The position numbers and the translations under genes were made by a program. 64,000 nt of DNA from Lama glama. Its lineage: Eukaryota. How positions within the stretch are numbered: the first letter of the stretch is position 1; every line of letters starts with the position of its first letter. The stretch spans positions 9,116,001-9,180,000 of the forward strand of contig CM052818.1 of the NCBI GenBank assembly GCA_028534125.1, read 5' to 3'. This document shows, one piece after another, positions 1-12,658 of the stretch. Under the pieces are notes generated by a model. The model worked only from the letters and a program-made list of their open reading frames with translations, did no database searches and was not told the origin of the DNA.

Positions 1-444
1 TATGTTGCAAAAAATGTTCATGTTTATTTAAGTAGTAAAATAGCTCCCCCCAATCTGGGTAAGTAATATGATTTATTAATTTTTAATCTGACTTATAAAT
101 ACTCCCAAAATCTGTATTTGCTTTAAATTATGAGTATTCCTCTAAAAATGTATATTATGTATCATAATTATTATATTCCTTTATAATGTATATTATGTAT
201 ATATTCCTTATAACGTATATCAGTGTAATTCACTGATAGAGCTTGATTTGATGAACTTGAGCAAAAAAATCCTTAGAAATACACTCTTCATCCTTAGAAA
301 GTAAGCTGGATAATAATAATAATGCTAAATTGTAATTAACCATAATTATCATTTTATAGTAGTATTATTTTTTCTAATCCATGAAATCTTTTGCTCTTGG
401 TAGAGTTAGTATGATTTACTTAGAGAAAATAGCATAAATTTTTC

Positions 445-570
445 GTTGAAGTATAACTGATTTACAATGTTGTGTTAATCTCTGGTGTACAGCATAGTGA
501 TTCAGTTACATTTATATGCATATATATGTATTCTTTTTCATGTTCTTTTCCATTATGGTTTATTACATGA
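445..570 (-). mobile_element. L1 3'-end fragment
   Basis: ttgaagtataactgatttacaatgttgtgtt...gtacagcatagtgattcag, the same motif as the L1 3' ends at 26190 and 63040. Confidence 0.75.
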
Positions 571-1145
571 TGAGAAAATAGCATAATTTAATTCATTATA
601 GGACCTTGTTCAAAGTAAGTATATTTCCTGTGAATTTATATATTTTGGTTCTTGTTCCTCTGTGTGTTGTATTCCCATACTCCCCATTTCTCCCCTGACC
701 TGCTCCATTAACTTTGCTACCAAGCTCTAGGAGGTCTCACTTAGGGGAAAAAAGAAGAGCAAAGTCTTGTTTTCAGAAGAAATTCCTTAAAGAGAAGATA
801 CTTGATTTGGACCAAATTTTCTTGGTTTTACATACTTATAAATGAGATAAGAGGGCATTCATCGATCTCTTCTGGCCGGTTTGAAGCCCTTAGTAAGTTA
901 CATTTTGAAGATTTCAGAAACCTCAAAGTTTCCTTTGAGAAATTGTTCCTGGGATGTAAAACATGTGGTCTCAGAACCTTAGGATTTTTTTCTGCATTCC
1001 ATAAGAATTTACCAGTCTAGAAAATATATTCTGGTAAACTGTAAACTCTGCTCATAATTTCATTTCTGGTTTGTCATCTAAGCTAAATGTTGTGTTGCAA
1101 GTTCTTATTTCTTTTTAAAATTCCATTCCCTTTATTTGATTTTAG

Positions 1146-1245
1146 AAAGAGTGAAAAGGAAAGGATGAGAAAATACCGACAAGAACTAGAAGAAAGAGAA
1201 GAAAAATTAAAAAGCAGGCCGCTGCTATTTGAAAGAGTTGCTCAG
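1146..1245 (+). CDS. FAM161A: FAM161A internal coding exon (third from last): KSEKERMRKYRQELEEREEKLKSRPLLFERVAQ
   Basis: Acceptor tttgattttag| and donor cag|gttgt. The 100-nt exon (1+99) translates to a peptide recognisable as the FAM161A C-terminal region (RPLLFERVAQ). Phase is compatible with the next exon. Confidence 0.95.
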
Positions 1246-1974
1246 GTTGTGTTTGTTGGCATTTAAGAGCTATTGTCAGCTTTTTTTTTTTTAACATCTC
1301 CAGCTGCAAATTATTATAGTCCATTTTTCTTATGTGTTATCTAATTTATTTCTGTGACAGCTTCATCTTATCAGTCAAGTAAGTAATTTAGCTTAAATCT
1401 GAGCATTAAATCTTGTTGATGAGGCTCATAAGCTTGAGAAAGAGCATGTTGCTCATCCAATCGTTTTCAAAATACTAATTTCACAGCCTGTTTTTAATGG
1501 CTAGTCTCTCTTCAGTACCAACTTGGCCAGGTATTAAGGTGAGGCTTCATGATATAAGTTGGAAGTCTTTGAAGAATTAAAAAATGAAACAAAATGGCTA
1601 ATTGAATCAGATTTATTTCTGCCATTTTTTTTTCAGTTTTATTGAGATAAAATTTACATATAGCAGGTATAAGTTTAAGGTGTACAACATGACTTGGCAT
1701 ACATATATTGCGAAAGGATTACCACAGTAAGTTTAGGTAACATCCATCATCTCATATAGTTAACAAAAAATTTTTTTCCTTGTGATGAGAATTTTCAGGA
1801 TTTACTCTCTTAGCAACTTTCAAATAGACCACACAGCAGTGTTAACTATCATCATCTTATCGTACAATATACCCCCAGTACTTATTTATGTTACAACTGG
1901 AAGTTTGTACCTTTTGACTCATTCATCCAATTCTTCTAGGAAATACAAATTTGATCTCTTTTTCTATGAGTTCT

Positions 1975-2011
1975 GTGTGTGTGTGTGTGTGTTTGTGTTT
2001 GTGTGTGTGTG
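1975..2011. repeat. Imperfect (TG)n microsatellite
   Basis: tgtgtgtgtgtgtgtgtttgtgtttgtgtgtgtgtg. Confidence 0.9.
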
Positions 2012-2612
2012 ATTATTTTTTAGAGTCCACATATAAATGAGAACATGTAGTATTTGTCTTTCTCTTTCTTTTTTCATTTAGCATAATGCCTTCAAGGTCC
2101 CTCTGTGTTGTCACAAATAGCAGAGTTTCCTTCTATTTTATGGCTGAATAGTATTCCATTGTGTATGTATACACCATATTTTCTTTATCCATTCATCTTT
2201 CAGTGGACATTTAAGTTGTTTCTATGTCTTGACTTATAAATAATGCTGCAGTGAATTGACATAGTGATTTTATTTCCTTCAGATAAATAGCCAGAAGTGG
2301 AATTGCTGGATCATGTACTAGGTCTATTTTAATTTGGGGGGGGGCAACCTACATACTATTTTCCATAATGGCTATACTAGTTTACATACCCAGCAACAGT
2401 TCACAGGGGTTCCCTCTTCTCTACATCCTCACCAGCATTTATCTCTTGTCTTTTGGATAATAGGCATGTTAACAGGTGTGAGATGATATCTTATTGTGGT
2501 TTTGATTTGTATTTCCATAATGGTTAGTGATGTTGAGTACCTTTTCATATGCCTGTTGACCATCTGAATATCTTCTTTGGAAAAATGTCTATTCAGATCT
2601 TTTGCCCATTTT

Positions 2613-3248
2613 TTTTAAATTGCGGTATAGTCAGTTTACAATGTTGTGTCAATATCTGGTGTACAGCACAATTCTTCAATCATGTATGAATATACATATA
2701 TTCACTTTCATATTCTTTTTCACCATGAGCTACTATAAGATACTGAATATATTTCCCTGTGCTACATAGTATAAACTTGTTTATCTATTTTATATATACC
2801 AGTCGGTATCTGCAAATCTCAAACTCCCAGTTTATGCCTTCCCATCCGCCTCCTGCTGGCAACCACAAGTGTGTATTCTATGTCTCTGAGTCTGTTTCTG
2901 TTTTATATGTAAGTTCATTTGTCTCTTTTTTTTTAAGGTTCCACATATAAGTGATATCATATGGTATTTTTCTTTCTCTTTCTGGCTCAGTTAGAATGAC
3001 ATTCTCCAGGGGCATCCATGTAACTGCAAATGGCATTATTTTATCATTTTTATGTCTGAGTAGTATTCCATTGTATAAATATACCACGTCTTCTTTATCC
3101 AGTCATCTGTGGATGGACATTTAGGTTGTTTCCATGTCTTGGCTATTGTAAATAGTGCTGTTATGAACATTGGGGTACAGATGTCTTTTTGAATTAGGGG
3201 TCCCTCTGGATATATGCCCAGGAGTGGGATTGCTGGGCCGTATGGTAT
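2613..3248 (-). mobile_element. 5'-truncated young L1 nested in an older L1
   Basis: ORF2 C-terminal peptide ([10 protein letters not shown]...CTPMFITALFTIAKTWKQPKCPSTDDWIKK). TSD gatc(t/c)tttgcccatttt at 2596-2612 and 3249-3265. Confidence 0.9.
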
Positions 3249-4359
3249 GATCCTTTGCCCATTTTTAAATTGGATTATTTGCATTTTTGCTAATGACTTG
3301 TATGAGTTCTTTATATGTACTGCATATTAACCCCTTATCAGATATATGATTTGCTAATATTTGTTCCCATTTAGTAGGTTGCCTTTTCACTTTGTTGATC
3401 AGTTTTTTTTAAGTGAGCCTGTAATTTTTTGTTTTATCTACAATTACTAGAAGAACTTCCTTTTTATTGGAAAAATAATTTGGTCCTACAGACAGTGAAT
3501 CCTGATTTTACTACATTTATACTCAGTGTTACAGTCTTTCCCTTTAGAGAGATTTGTCAATTTCAGATGATCTTCTCCTTTGTACCCATAAGGGAGGCGT
3601 TCCAAAGGACTTAACAACAGACAAAATCACTGGAGGTTACAGGTGCTGTGTTGTGAATTTCAAGCTGTTATATTTGGAGCTTCCTGCCAGCAAGTGCCTA
3701 GGACAGATGAGTGTCCTTATAGGACTGCCCTTGTCAATGACTCACTGAGGATGAGGAGCATGTCTTGTGGGTAAATCTACATTTACAATCTCTCAAAACT
3801 ATGGGAACATTTAACTTACTGATTTGAATATAATTTTATGTAATGCTTTTCATTTTAAGGAATGAGTTTCCTTTTTTTGACATCTCAGTTTCAATTTTAG
3901 GGGGAAAAATTATAAGCTGCTCCACATTACTCAGCATAAAGTGATTGACTTTTGGCTCAAAGTAGTTATCTCCAGCTCCCAACTGTAGGTTTTATACACA
4001 CTTGTCTGGATATATCTACCCAGATTTCCCAAGGCATCTTACATTCATCTTGCCCCTAGCTAGATCTTCCTCTGAGTTCCTGTTTTTGTTGGGCCACAGT
4101 TTAAATGACTGGGAACCACTTTTTCTCTCTGTTCAGTTGTCACTGAGAGTCCTGACAAGTTCTCTTTCTAAATTTTGGGATCTACCTTTCTCCATTCAGG
4201 CGAAATGCTAGGTGAAACCTCTGTTACTTTCTGCCTGAGTTATTAGAATGGTTTGACTCATGTTCCTACCTTGCTCTTTGCATAGCCACCCATTGTATTT
4301 CCCATTCCCTTGCTACAGTGTTCTCTCTGAGCAGGTAGTTAATAACCCCCAGTAACAGT

Positions 4360-4580
4360 GGCAGTCATTTTCATTGATGCCGTTTGTTCTCATTTTCAAT
4401 GAATGGTATCAAGGGGTCTTGTTGACTTCTCCAAACAGTACTACAAGGTGGGTATTCCTATACTGCAGGGGAAGAAACAGAAGTTGAAAGAAGATAAGTA
4501 ACTCATAAGGTTTATAGTTAAGAATGGAACTAGGATTGGAACCCAAGTCAGTCAGCTTCCAAACAATTAACACTAAGCCG
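4360..4580 (-). mobile_element. MIR
   Basis: aagataagtaact...ggattggaacccaagtcagtc MIR core, antisense. Confidence 0.65.
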
Positions 4581-5914
4581 TCCTGCTTTCTTCCTGAAGA
4601 TAAATCCACAAGTCTTAGCCTGGTGTACAGAATCCTCTGTGATCTGATCCCTGTTGACCTCTTGAGTTCATCGACCACTGCACTCCCCCCAACCCCTACT
4701 GTGTACACCCTTTACTTTCAGGCCATACCAGACTACTCACTTTAAACTTGAAATCTTTATTCATGCTGTTTCTCTGTATCCTTAGAGCCTCTTCCTATCT
4801 TTCCTCCTACTCTTTCAAAGCTTAGTGTCGAATCACTCCGTGCATTGTTTCCCCAGGTTGGGTTGGGTGCCCTTTACTCTGTTCTTTTATTACCCTTTGT
4901 GCACTTCCTGTCTTTGCTTCTCCCACATTGTTTGGAAATTATCTGTGTAATGCTCTCTCTTCCCTTCCAGCTAGTTATTTTTAAAGGTGTTGGTCAAGTC
5001 TTTGTATTCCTAGCACCTAAGACAAGTATCACACAGAGGAGATGTTAACAAACATTTGTTGAACCCAGCTGAATTGTTTCTGGTTTTAGCCCAGGCTGAG
5101 AGCACTACCCTGACATACTAGCAATGAATCTCAGTGTTAACAAGCAGTTTTGCCATGCTGTTAATTCCCACTCTTTCTAAGCACCAGAGAAATGTGGCAA
5201 AATAAGTGGTGTGAAATTAAACCCATAAAGAAACTTTTAACATTGAAAACATAGGTTAGTTTCACAGCTGATATTTCCTCTACCACTCTTGGCCCACACG
5301 TACGCTGGTCCCTTTGCCCAAAACACTCTTCTCTCCCCATACGCCGTCTACCTCCCATGAGGGCTTGTCACAAAATAAGTATTCAGTAATTATTAAATAA
5401 AGGAAGGAATTACTATAAACTAAACTTGGGCTTATAAAAATTAAGTCCTTTTTTACCTTCAAACTAGAGCATTGAGGGTAGACAAATTTTCCTCAGTACT
5501 TGTTATTTTGGTTTCTTGAAGAAACAAAGCTATTTTTTTTTCTGCAGAGTCTTTGATAGAAAAGTAAGATAACCATAGTCATTTTAAATGTTTCTTTTAT
5601 TTCATGGTCTTTACAATTCTTTTGCATGGTGAAATTCAAGGGGAAATGTTTGTTTCAGTTAGGAACAATTATACACTATTCATCTTGATATAAAATATTA
5701 AAAGGTAATAACTTCTATATACAAGATGGCTGTCAGTGACTCACCATTGTTTTGGTTTTGTTAAAATAAATTAGTACATTTTTTATTACAGTCTATTTTG
5801 CTGTGATTATTGCTGCTAATTAACAGCTGTTATTTAATAAATTCACTCAGAACTTTATGCATTACCTATTTATAAGTGTTAATTGGGCCTTGCTGCTGTT
5901 GCGTTATCCCGAAA

Positions 5915-6398
5915 TGTTACGGAAATGACAGGCCAGCCAAGAAACAAGCACCACTCGGAGGGTTGGAGTACTCAGATTTATTACGCCAGCGGGCTCAGAG
6001 GGGCTTCTGCTCCGAAGCTCTGAGCACCTCCAAGACNNNNNNNNNNNNNNNNNNNNNNNNNNNNNNNNNNNNNNNNNNNNNNNNNNNNNNNNNNNNNNNN
6101 NNNNNNNNNNNNNNNNNNNNNNNNNNNNNNNNNNNNCAATAGGCATGGAACAGCTTTAGCAACATCATTATCACAAAAGTAGAGGCAGGGAGGCAGGAAA
6201 CCAACATTTCAAGGCCAGATATGTCTCTTTGAAAATCCAGCTGGCTAGCAAAAAAAACATGAACAGGGAATCAGCAAACCAACAATAATTAACTCAGATT
6301 TACAAGTTAGCCCAGCAGAACTCAGATCAGTAATCTGACACTTGTTACACTTAGATTTGTGAGTTAGCTTGTTAGCCCAGCTGGGCTTTTCCTTCACA
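5915..6398 (-). mobile_element. ERV LTR (ERV1-like) split by a 100-N assembly gap, in a FAM161A intron
   Basis: The minus strand begins TGTGAAGG (6398) and ends CCGTAACA (5915). AATAAA on - at 5977-5982, preceded by a GC-rich hairpin; CpGs retained. No clean TSD found. Confidence 0.7.
6037..6136. other. Assembly gap (100 N)
   Basis: Run of N in the sequence. Confidence 1.
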
Positions 6399-6539
6399 CT
6401 AGCAGAGTAAGCCTGTGCTCCATGACAGAAAAAAACATATTTTCCAGTTCCTTGAAAGTCACAGGATTTATTAACTGAATGGATGTTAAATCGAATTTTA
6501 AACCAAATTCAGATGAAGGCTTACAAGCACTCACTCTGT

Positions 6540-7123
6540 TTTTTTTTTAATCCATTGGCTATTGTATTTTTTTTAATTGAAGCATAGTCAATTTACAATG
6601 TTGTGTCAGTTTCTGCTGTACAACATAACGTTTCAGTCATATACACACATATATTCATTTTCAAATTCTTTTTCATTATAGGTTACTATAAGATATTGAA
6701 TTTAGTTCTCTATGCTATACAGTATAAACTTGTTGTTTATCTATTATACTATTATAGTAGTTAATATCTATAAATCTCAAACTCCCAAGTTATCCCTTCC
6801 CACCCCATTTCCCCCCTTGTAACCATAAGTTTGTTTTCTATGTCTGTGAGTCCATTTCTGTTTTGTAAATAAGTTCATTTGTATCTTTTTTCTTTTGATT
6901 CCACATATAAGTGATATCATATGGTATTTTTCTTCCTCTTTCTGGCTCACTTCACTCAGTATGACAATCTCCAGATCCATCCATGTTACTGCAAATAGCG
7001 TTATTTTATTCTTTTTTATGGCTGAGTGGTATTCCATTCGTATAAATATACCACAACTTCTTTATCCAATCATCTGTCAGTGGACATTTAGGTTGCTTCT
7101 ATGTCTTGGCTATTGTAAATAGT
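6540..7123 (-). mobile_element. 5'-truncated L1
   Basis: Peptide MEYHSAIKKNKITLFAVTWMDLEIVILSE (ORF2 end). Degenerate TSD aagcactcactctg (6525) / aagcacttattttg (7124). Confidence 0.9.
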
Positions 7124-7609
7124 AAGCACTTATTTTGATCAGTATCATTTAAATCTCTTTTATATTTCATTAGCTTAAGTCAAAATTGACTGCTCTTAAC
7201 ACATTCAGAGTTAGGTTTGGGGTTTCTTTATTCTGCTTTACAGGCTTTGGGGCACAGTTCTCATCTTACTTTGCTTTACCTCTCGGCTCCCCAAGGCTTG
7301 TCTGTTGGTGTTCATAGCCTCTGGATGCATTTTTATTTACTTTTCTAAAATTGTTATTTACAGTGGGTGCACTTTACCAGCAGCTTGAGTGCTTCTTTTT
7401 TAGCTTTCCAGAGTGTCAGGAAATGCACTGGTGATAATTTTATCCATTGTAATAAGTCTTTGCTATTTTGATTTCTCCCATGGGATACTAGACTCCATGG
7501 TCCCTCCTTATGCTGGAATCCGTGGGTTAGGAAGATATCTGACACAGCCTTGCTGAAGTCAGGCTTTTGGCTACCTGCAAGCCCCAGGACGCCCACTACC
7601 ACTTAGAGA

Positions 7610-7710
7610 AGGCAGCATGGTGGAGTGGAAAGACCCAGGAAAGGGTCAAGAGACTTGGTTTTACCTCTCACTATATCCTTGTGACCTTAAGCAAACCACT
7701 TAACCTCAAC
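7610..7710 (+). mobile_element. MIR fragment
   Basis: gcagcatggtggagtggaaaga...tgtgaccttaagcaaaccacttaacctc. Confidence 0.7.
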
Positions 7711-8289
7711 AAGAATGGAGAGAGTGTCTTAGTGTCCTTAAGTTGTTAAATTTAGAGGTGAGACTGAGTGCTCTTCCGTACCCCTTCCTGTATGGGATGC
7801 CATTGGTGCACTGAGACTGAGTCATTCCTTGTCACTTTGCTTTAGTTGAAGGTCCAAGTAGCAATTTTTGGCCCTATGCTAGTTCATATTCACTCATGGG
7901 AACTAAAATTGGACTAATGCTGAGGCACTAGTGTGAACCCCAGTCATCTGTGTGTTTGTAAAGCCTGTGGTCTAAGGAACTGTGACAACTGACTTGCTTT
8001 TGTTATGACAGGGTTATCACAGGTCCCAGAGTCAGGAAGTGACATTCTGGAGATTTGAACCCAGTTCTGAATTCATGGGGGTTTTGTTTTTGTTTTTCTT
8101 TTTGGTTTTTTTTTTTTTGGTTCTTCCAGAGTAAAGGTAGCAACATTGATCACCTTATCACCTTTGATGGATTGTAGATGTGGTTTGTAAAGAGTAAAAT
8201 TTACAGTAAGCACATAAAGTACCTCTGACAACTGTCACATGAAATTATTTTCTTACTGATTTTTTTTCAGATATCCTTCAACAATCACA

Positions 8290-8850
8290 ACAGTACAGTG
8301 TAAAGAGTAGTTATAGATCAAAACTATGTGGCCACTACTCAGGTTAACAAATACAGCGTGACAGAAACCCTGTGTGCCCCTCCCGGATCAAAACACTCTC
8401 TCTGTCCCCTAGAGGTAACCACCGTTCTAACTTTTGAGATAAGCATTTCCTTGTTTTTCTTACAGTTTTACCACACGTGGACCTATCCCTAAACAGTATA
8501 GTTTAGTTTTGCCTGTTTTGGGACTTTATGTGAATGAATCATGCTAGATATACTTCTGTGTTATGCTGCTTTTGTTCAGTGTTACGTTTGTGAGCTCCAT
8601 CCCTGTTGTGATAGGTAGCCAGAGTTCATTCATTTTCATTGCTTTATTTCAGTCTGTTGTATGAATAGACCACAACTTATTTATCCATCTTATCGTTGAT
8701 AGATATTTAGGTTGTTTCCAGTTTGGGGTTGTACTATTCTGTGCATTTTGGAATCTCTCCTGGGGCTCATGTGTAGGCGTTCTCTGGGCATATACTTGGG
8801 AGTGGAATTGCTGGTCAGAGGGTATGCATAATTTTTCAACAAACTGTGAT
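8290..8850 (-). mobile_element. Old L1 (L1ME/L1MC-like) 3' fragment
   Basis: agaggtaaccacc, gtttagttttgcctgtttt, ggagtggaattgctgg. Confidence 0.7.
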
Positions 8851-8948
8851 TATTGAATTTCATTTTCACTGGAGCTTTTAACCCATACATTTTTAATGGA
8901 AATTTAAAGTCCTTCATTCTCATCTAAAAAGGTTTGTCTCTCCTATAG

Positions 8949-9103
8949 AAAAATGCAAAAATGGCAGCAGAAAGGCATTATTCTAACACCTTAAAAGCAC
9001 TAGGAATATCTGATGAGTTTGTTTCAAAGAAAGGCCAAAGTGGAAAAATATTTGAATACTTCAGCAATCAAGAGATGAAAAGTTTCACTGAAGATAAAGA
9101 AAG
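8949..9103 (+). CDS. FAM161A: FAM161A penultimate coding exon: KNAKMAAERHYSNTLKALGISDEFVSKKGQSGKIFEYFSNQEMKSFTEDKE
   Basis: Acceptor ctctcctatag| and donor aag|gtaaca. 155 nt with an open frame continuing from the previous exon; matches the recalled FAM161A sequence (HYSNTLKALGISDEFVSKKGQSGK). Confidence 0.95.
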
Positions 9104-9573
9104 GTAACATATATAAGATGTCTGAATGGTTTACTGTTGAAAAAATTCTTACTTGTGGGAAAGCATAAAATTCTGTTCTATAATATTTTAAAAGGTCTTT
9201 TACTTAATGGAATACATGTGAACTACTGTAAAATGTATTGATATTTTAACATGTTTGACACTGTAAAATATTACATGGTGATGAAGTATTTTGTCTTTAA
9301 AGTAAAATAATTTAAATTTCTGACTGACCTAAATAATGAAAATAATGACTTGCTTTCAGATGAAGTTTAAAGAGTCAATCAAGTTTTGAAATAAATTAGT
9401 TCTCAGAGGAATATTTATTTTCCCAGTTGGTCCTTTCATAGAGTTTTCTTGATAAATTGGAACTTAGGCACTTGAGGAAGACTGACTGCAGGCTGTCATG
9501 CATTGCAGAGGGTTTGTTTTCCCTTAAACCAGATCATTTTTCTTTTGAAAGACTGATGAATTTCTTCCTCTAG

Positions 9574-9712
9574 CTTTAATGAAGAAGAAAAGACAGGAGA
9601 AAGAGAGAATGGGGAAGAAAATTATTGTACTGATACCAGCAGCCAAGATTCTCACAAGGAAGAAGATGAAGCTGATGAAGAGCGTGGAGAAGAGAAGACA
9701 GGGGAAGAATAA
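9574..9712 (+). CDS. FAM161A: FAM161A last coding exon: (S)FNEEEKTGERENGEENYCTDTSSQDSHKEEDEADEERGEEKTGEE*
   Basis: Acceptor ttcttcctctag|c completes the split codon ag|c (Ser). Acidic tail as in FAM161A; stop TAA at 9710-9712. Confidence 0.93.
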
Positions 9713-10133
9713 AAGGGGAGGAATCAGCAGGGTCTCCTCTCTGTGCCCCTGCTCTTGTTGGCAGCATCGGGCGTCAGCGGCACTTCTGGTGTCAAGGACA
9801 TGGATGAGGACCCCTCTGATATGTGCAGGGCTCTTGAGCAAAATCATCTTGTGGCCTGAAGAGGCCGAATCCAGCTGATGGGTGCTTGGTCAGATAGAGT
9901 AAGGCTTTGCCTATTCAGTTTTTTAAATCGCTGCATACGGTCTGTTTGCAACTTTGATTTTACTCTTATTTTTAAAAAATGTTTGAGAATCACAGCTGTC
10001 ACAAGCCAATTAGGCATAAAAATATACATTACTTCATTATTTTTGGTGGAAAAAATTGCTTAGCACTGAGAGTGGAGAGAAGTATTGGCCTTTGGCGATT
10101 TGTTGGAAAAAAATTTTCAGGAAAGCATCAATC

Positions 10134-10139
10134 AATAAA
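10134..10139 (+). terminator. Candidate proximal polyadenylation signal of FAM161A (alternative AATAAA at 10782-10787)
   Basis: AATAAA ~420 nt after the stop codon with T-rich sequence downstream; actual usage is not determinable from sequence. Confidence 0.5.
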
Positions 10140-11462
10140 TATTTCTAAGTTATACTATTTGCCCATTCTTTTTCCCCACAGTACATCTCACAAAATGAAT
10201 CCTCAGACTTACTTTACTAGATATTTTAAGTTTCTTATCTGAGCCATTTTTAGAAAGTAATAAGATATAGAAAAAAATTGGGTAACTTGGAAATTTACAT
10301 TCATTTCTCCACTGAGACTTTACTGTTAAAGTATCCACACCATCATCACTTTTTGTCCTTTACCCCTACTTTTATTCCAATTTATTTTTGATATGTAAAT
10401 TATTAGAAAAGTTTTTATACTAGTTTTTTTAGCTGTGTGTATTATGGCATTTGGAAATAATTATAGCAAAGAGTTATAATCTTAATGGGAAGTAAATATC
10501 ACCCATTTTATATATGATGAAATTGTGCATAATAATTTATTCGAGTCTCTAAAGTAATTCATATTTAACTCTTTAATTCTCAACCCATTTGTGCTCCACT
10601 TTTATACATCATTGCAGACACACTTGTCTTTCTGTGCATGATATTAATTTGATTTTATGAATCTATCATTTTTGCTCTTTGAGCAGATTTTTGTTTTAAA
10701 AATTCAAACCAGTCATAAAGATGTGATTGGGTAAGACTTTTTTTCCTTAAAACAACCAATATCCTTTAAAGACGATGAACTAATAAAGATGTATATAATA
10801 GTGTTTCCTAAAGGGCAATTTATACTTTAAATGAAGAAATAAGGTGATTTTTCTCAATCAAGGGCAAATGTTTACTTATAACTCCTTTCCTACAGATTGT
10901 GTTAAACTATTTGTCACTATCATTAGATTGTAAACTCTTTAAGACTTGGCACCATTTAAAAATTCATCTGTGTATGTCTTTTGCACAGGTTTGTACATAC
11001 AGTAGGTACTTAATAAATGCTTGGATGAGTAAGTAGATGAATATGGTTTTCAATTATAGTTACTTCAAAATGAGTACACATGAGATTAAAAATATTTCCT
11101 TCCTTTCCAATTTATTGAGAACCTGTGAAACACAATCCACAAATTGTAAACTTTAAAACGTGACTTGCTTGCTAACGATTTCCTCCTCATTCTGTTTCTC
11201 CTTAGTTTCATGGGGAGAGTTTGGGAGGACCAATCTTCAGTTTTCTTTAAAATTGGGAATATTACTTATCTTGGGTGGCTGTAGGAAGAACTGGATGAAA
11301 TCATGTATGGAAAGGCTCTTTGTAAACTAGGCTATTCAAATGATAGTGTTAGAGGACAGAATATTCCTCAAGAAACTTTAACTAAACATACTTTTCTTTA
11401 AATGATATACAAAGTGATTTAAATATTATTTTGTTAGAAATATTTGAACAAATTATTGATTG

Positions 11463-12515
11463 ATTTTTACTGAAGTATAGTTGATTTACAATATTATTTT
11501 AGTTTCAGGTATACAACATAGTGGTTCAATATTCTTACAGAGTGTACTCGATTTAAAGTTTTTACAAAATAATGGCTATAGTTCCCTGTCCTGTACAATA
11601 TATCCTTATTGCTTATTTATTGTATACATAATAATTTGTGTCTCTTAATCCCATTCTCCTATCTTGCCCCTCCTTCCTTCCCTCTCCCCACTAGTAACCA
11701 CTAGTTTGTTCTCTATATCTGTGAGTCTGTTTCTGTTTTGTTATATGCATTTGTTTGTTTTATTTTTAGATTCCACCATAAATGATAACATAGAATATTT
11801 GTCTTTCTCTGACATTTCACTAAGCATAATGCTCTGTAGGTCCATCCATGTTGTTGCAAGTGGCAGAATTTCATTCTTTTTTATGGCTGAGTAGTATTCC
11901 ATTCTATATATATACCACATATTCTGTACCCATTTATCTGTTGATGGGCACTTAAGTTGCTGCCATATCTTGGCTATTGTAAATAATGCTGCTACGATCA
12001 TTGGGTATGTTTATCTTTCCGAATTACTGTTTTCATTTTCTTTGGCTATATGCCCAGGAGTAGAATTGCTGGATCATATAGTAGTTCTATTTTTAGTGTT
12101 TTTGAGGAAACTCCATACTGTTTTCCATAGAGGCTGCACCAGTTTACATTCCCACTGATAGTGTACTAGGTTCCCTTTTCTGAACATCATCACCAACGTT
12201 TGTTACAACATAGACTTTTTGATGATAGCCATTTTGACAGGTGTGAACTGATACTTCATTGTGGTTTTGATTTGCATTTCTCTGATTATTAGTGATGTTG
12301 AGCATTTTTTCAGGTGCCTGTTGGCCATCTGTCTATTGGGGAAACGTCTATTCTTTGGAATATGTCTTCTGAACAGTTTTTAATTAGATACTTTTTTTTT
12401 TTATATTGAGTTGTATGAGCTGTTTATAAATTTTAGATATTAACCCTTTATTGGTCATATCATTTGCAAACATTTTCTCCCATTTAGTAGGTTATTTTTT
12501 TGTTTTGTCAACTGA
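11463..12515 (-). mobile_element. L1 3' region
   Basis: ORF 11741-12001 (ALFTIAKIWQQLKCPSTDKW...MEYYSAIKKNEILPLATTWMDL) is the L1 ORF2 C-terminus. Confidence 0.9.
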
Positions 12516-12603
12516 ACCACTTTTTAAAGGATAGTGATCTGGTAAACACAAAGCCAAACTTAAAAGACACTGGCAGTTTCAAATCCTTCTATGTAAAAAT
12601 CAC

Positions 12604-12607
<4 letters not shown>

Positions 12608-12654
<47 letters not shown>
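12608..12654. repeat. (TA)n microsatellite, ~23 units
   Basis: Perfect tatata run. Confidence 0.95.

Positions 12655-12658
<4 letters not shown>

Larger units (their letters stand above)
1625..3405 (-). mobile_element. Older L1 (L1MA/L1MB-like) 3' region, interrupted by a younger L1 at 2613-3248
   Basis: Poly-T tail at 1625 and typical antisense L1 3'UTR/ORF2-end text (tggctgaatagtattccatt, gtggttttgatttgtatttcc); resumes after 3249. Confidence 0.85.

Noticed and set aside
3577..3645. Possible cryptic FAM161A exon (tttcag|atgatc...)
   Set aside because: Weak donor, no resemblance to FAM161A, and the flanking exons already join in frame without it.
9524..9878. ORFs 9579-9878 (+), 9524-9847 (-) and 9576-9767 (-)
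   Set aside because: Out-of-frame or antisense shadows of the purine-rich last FAM161A exon.
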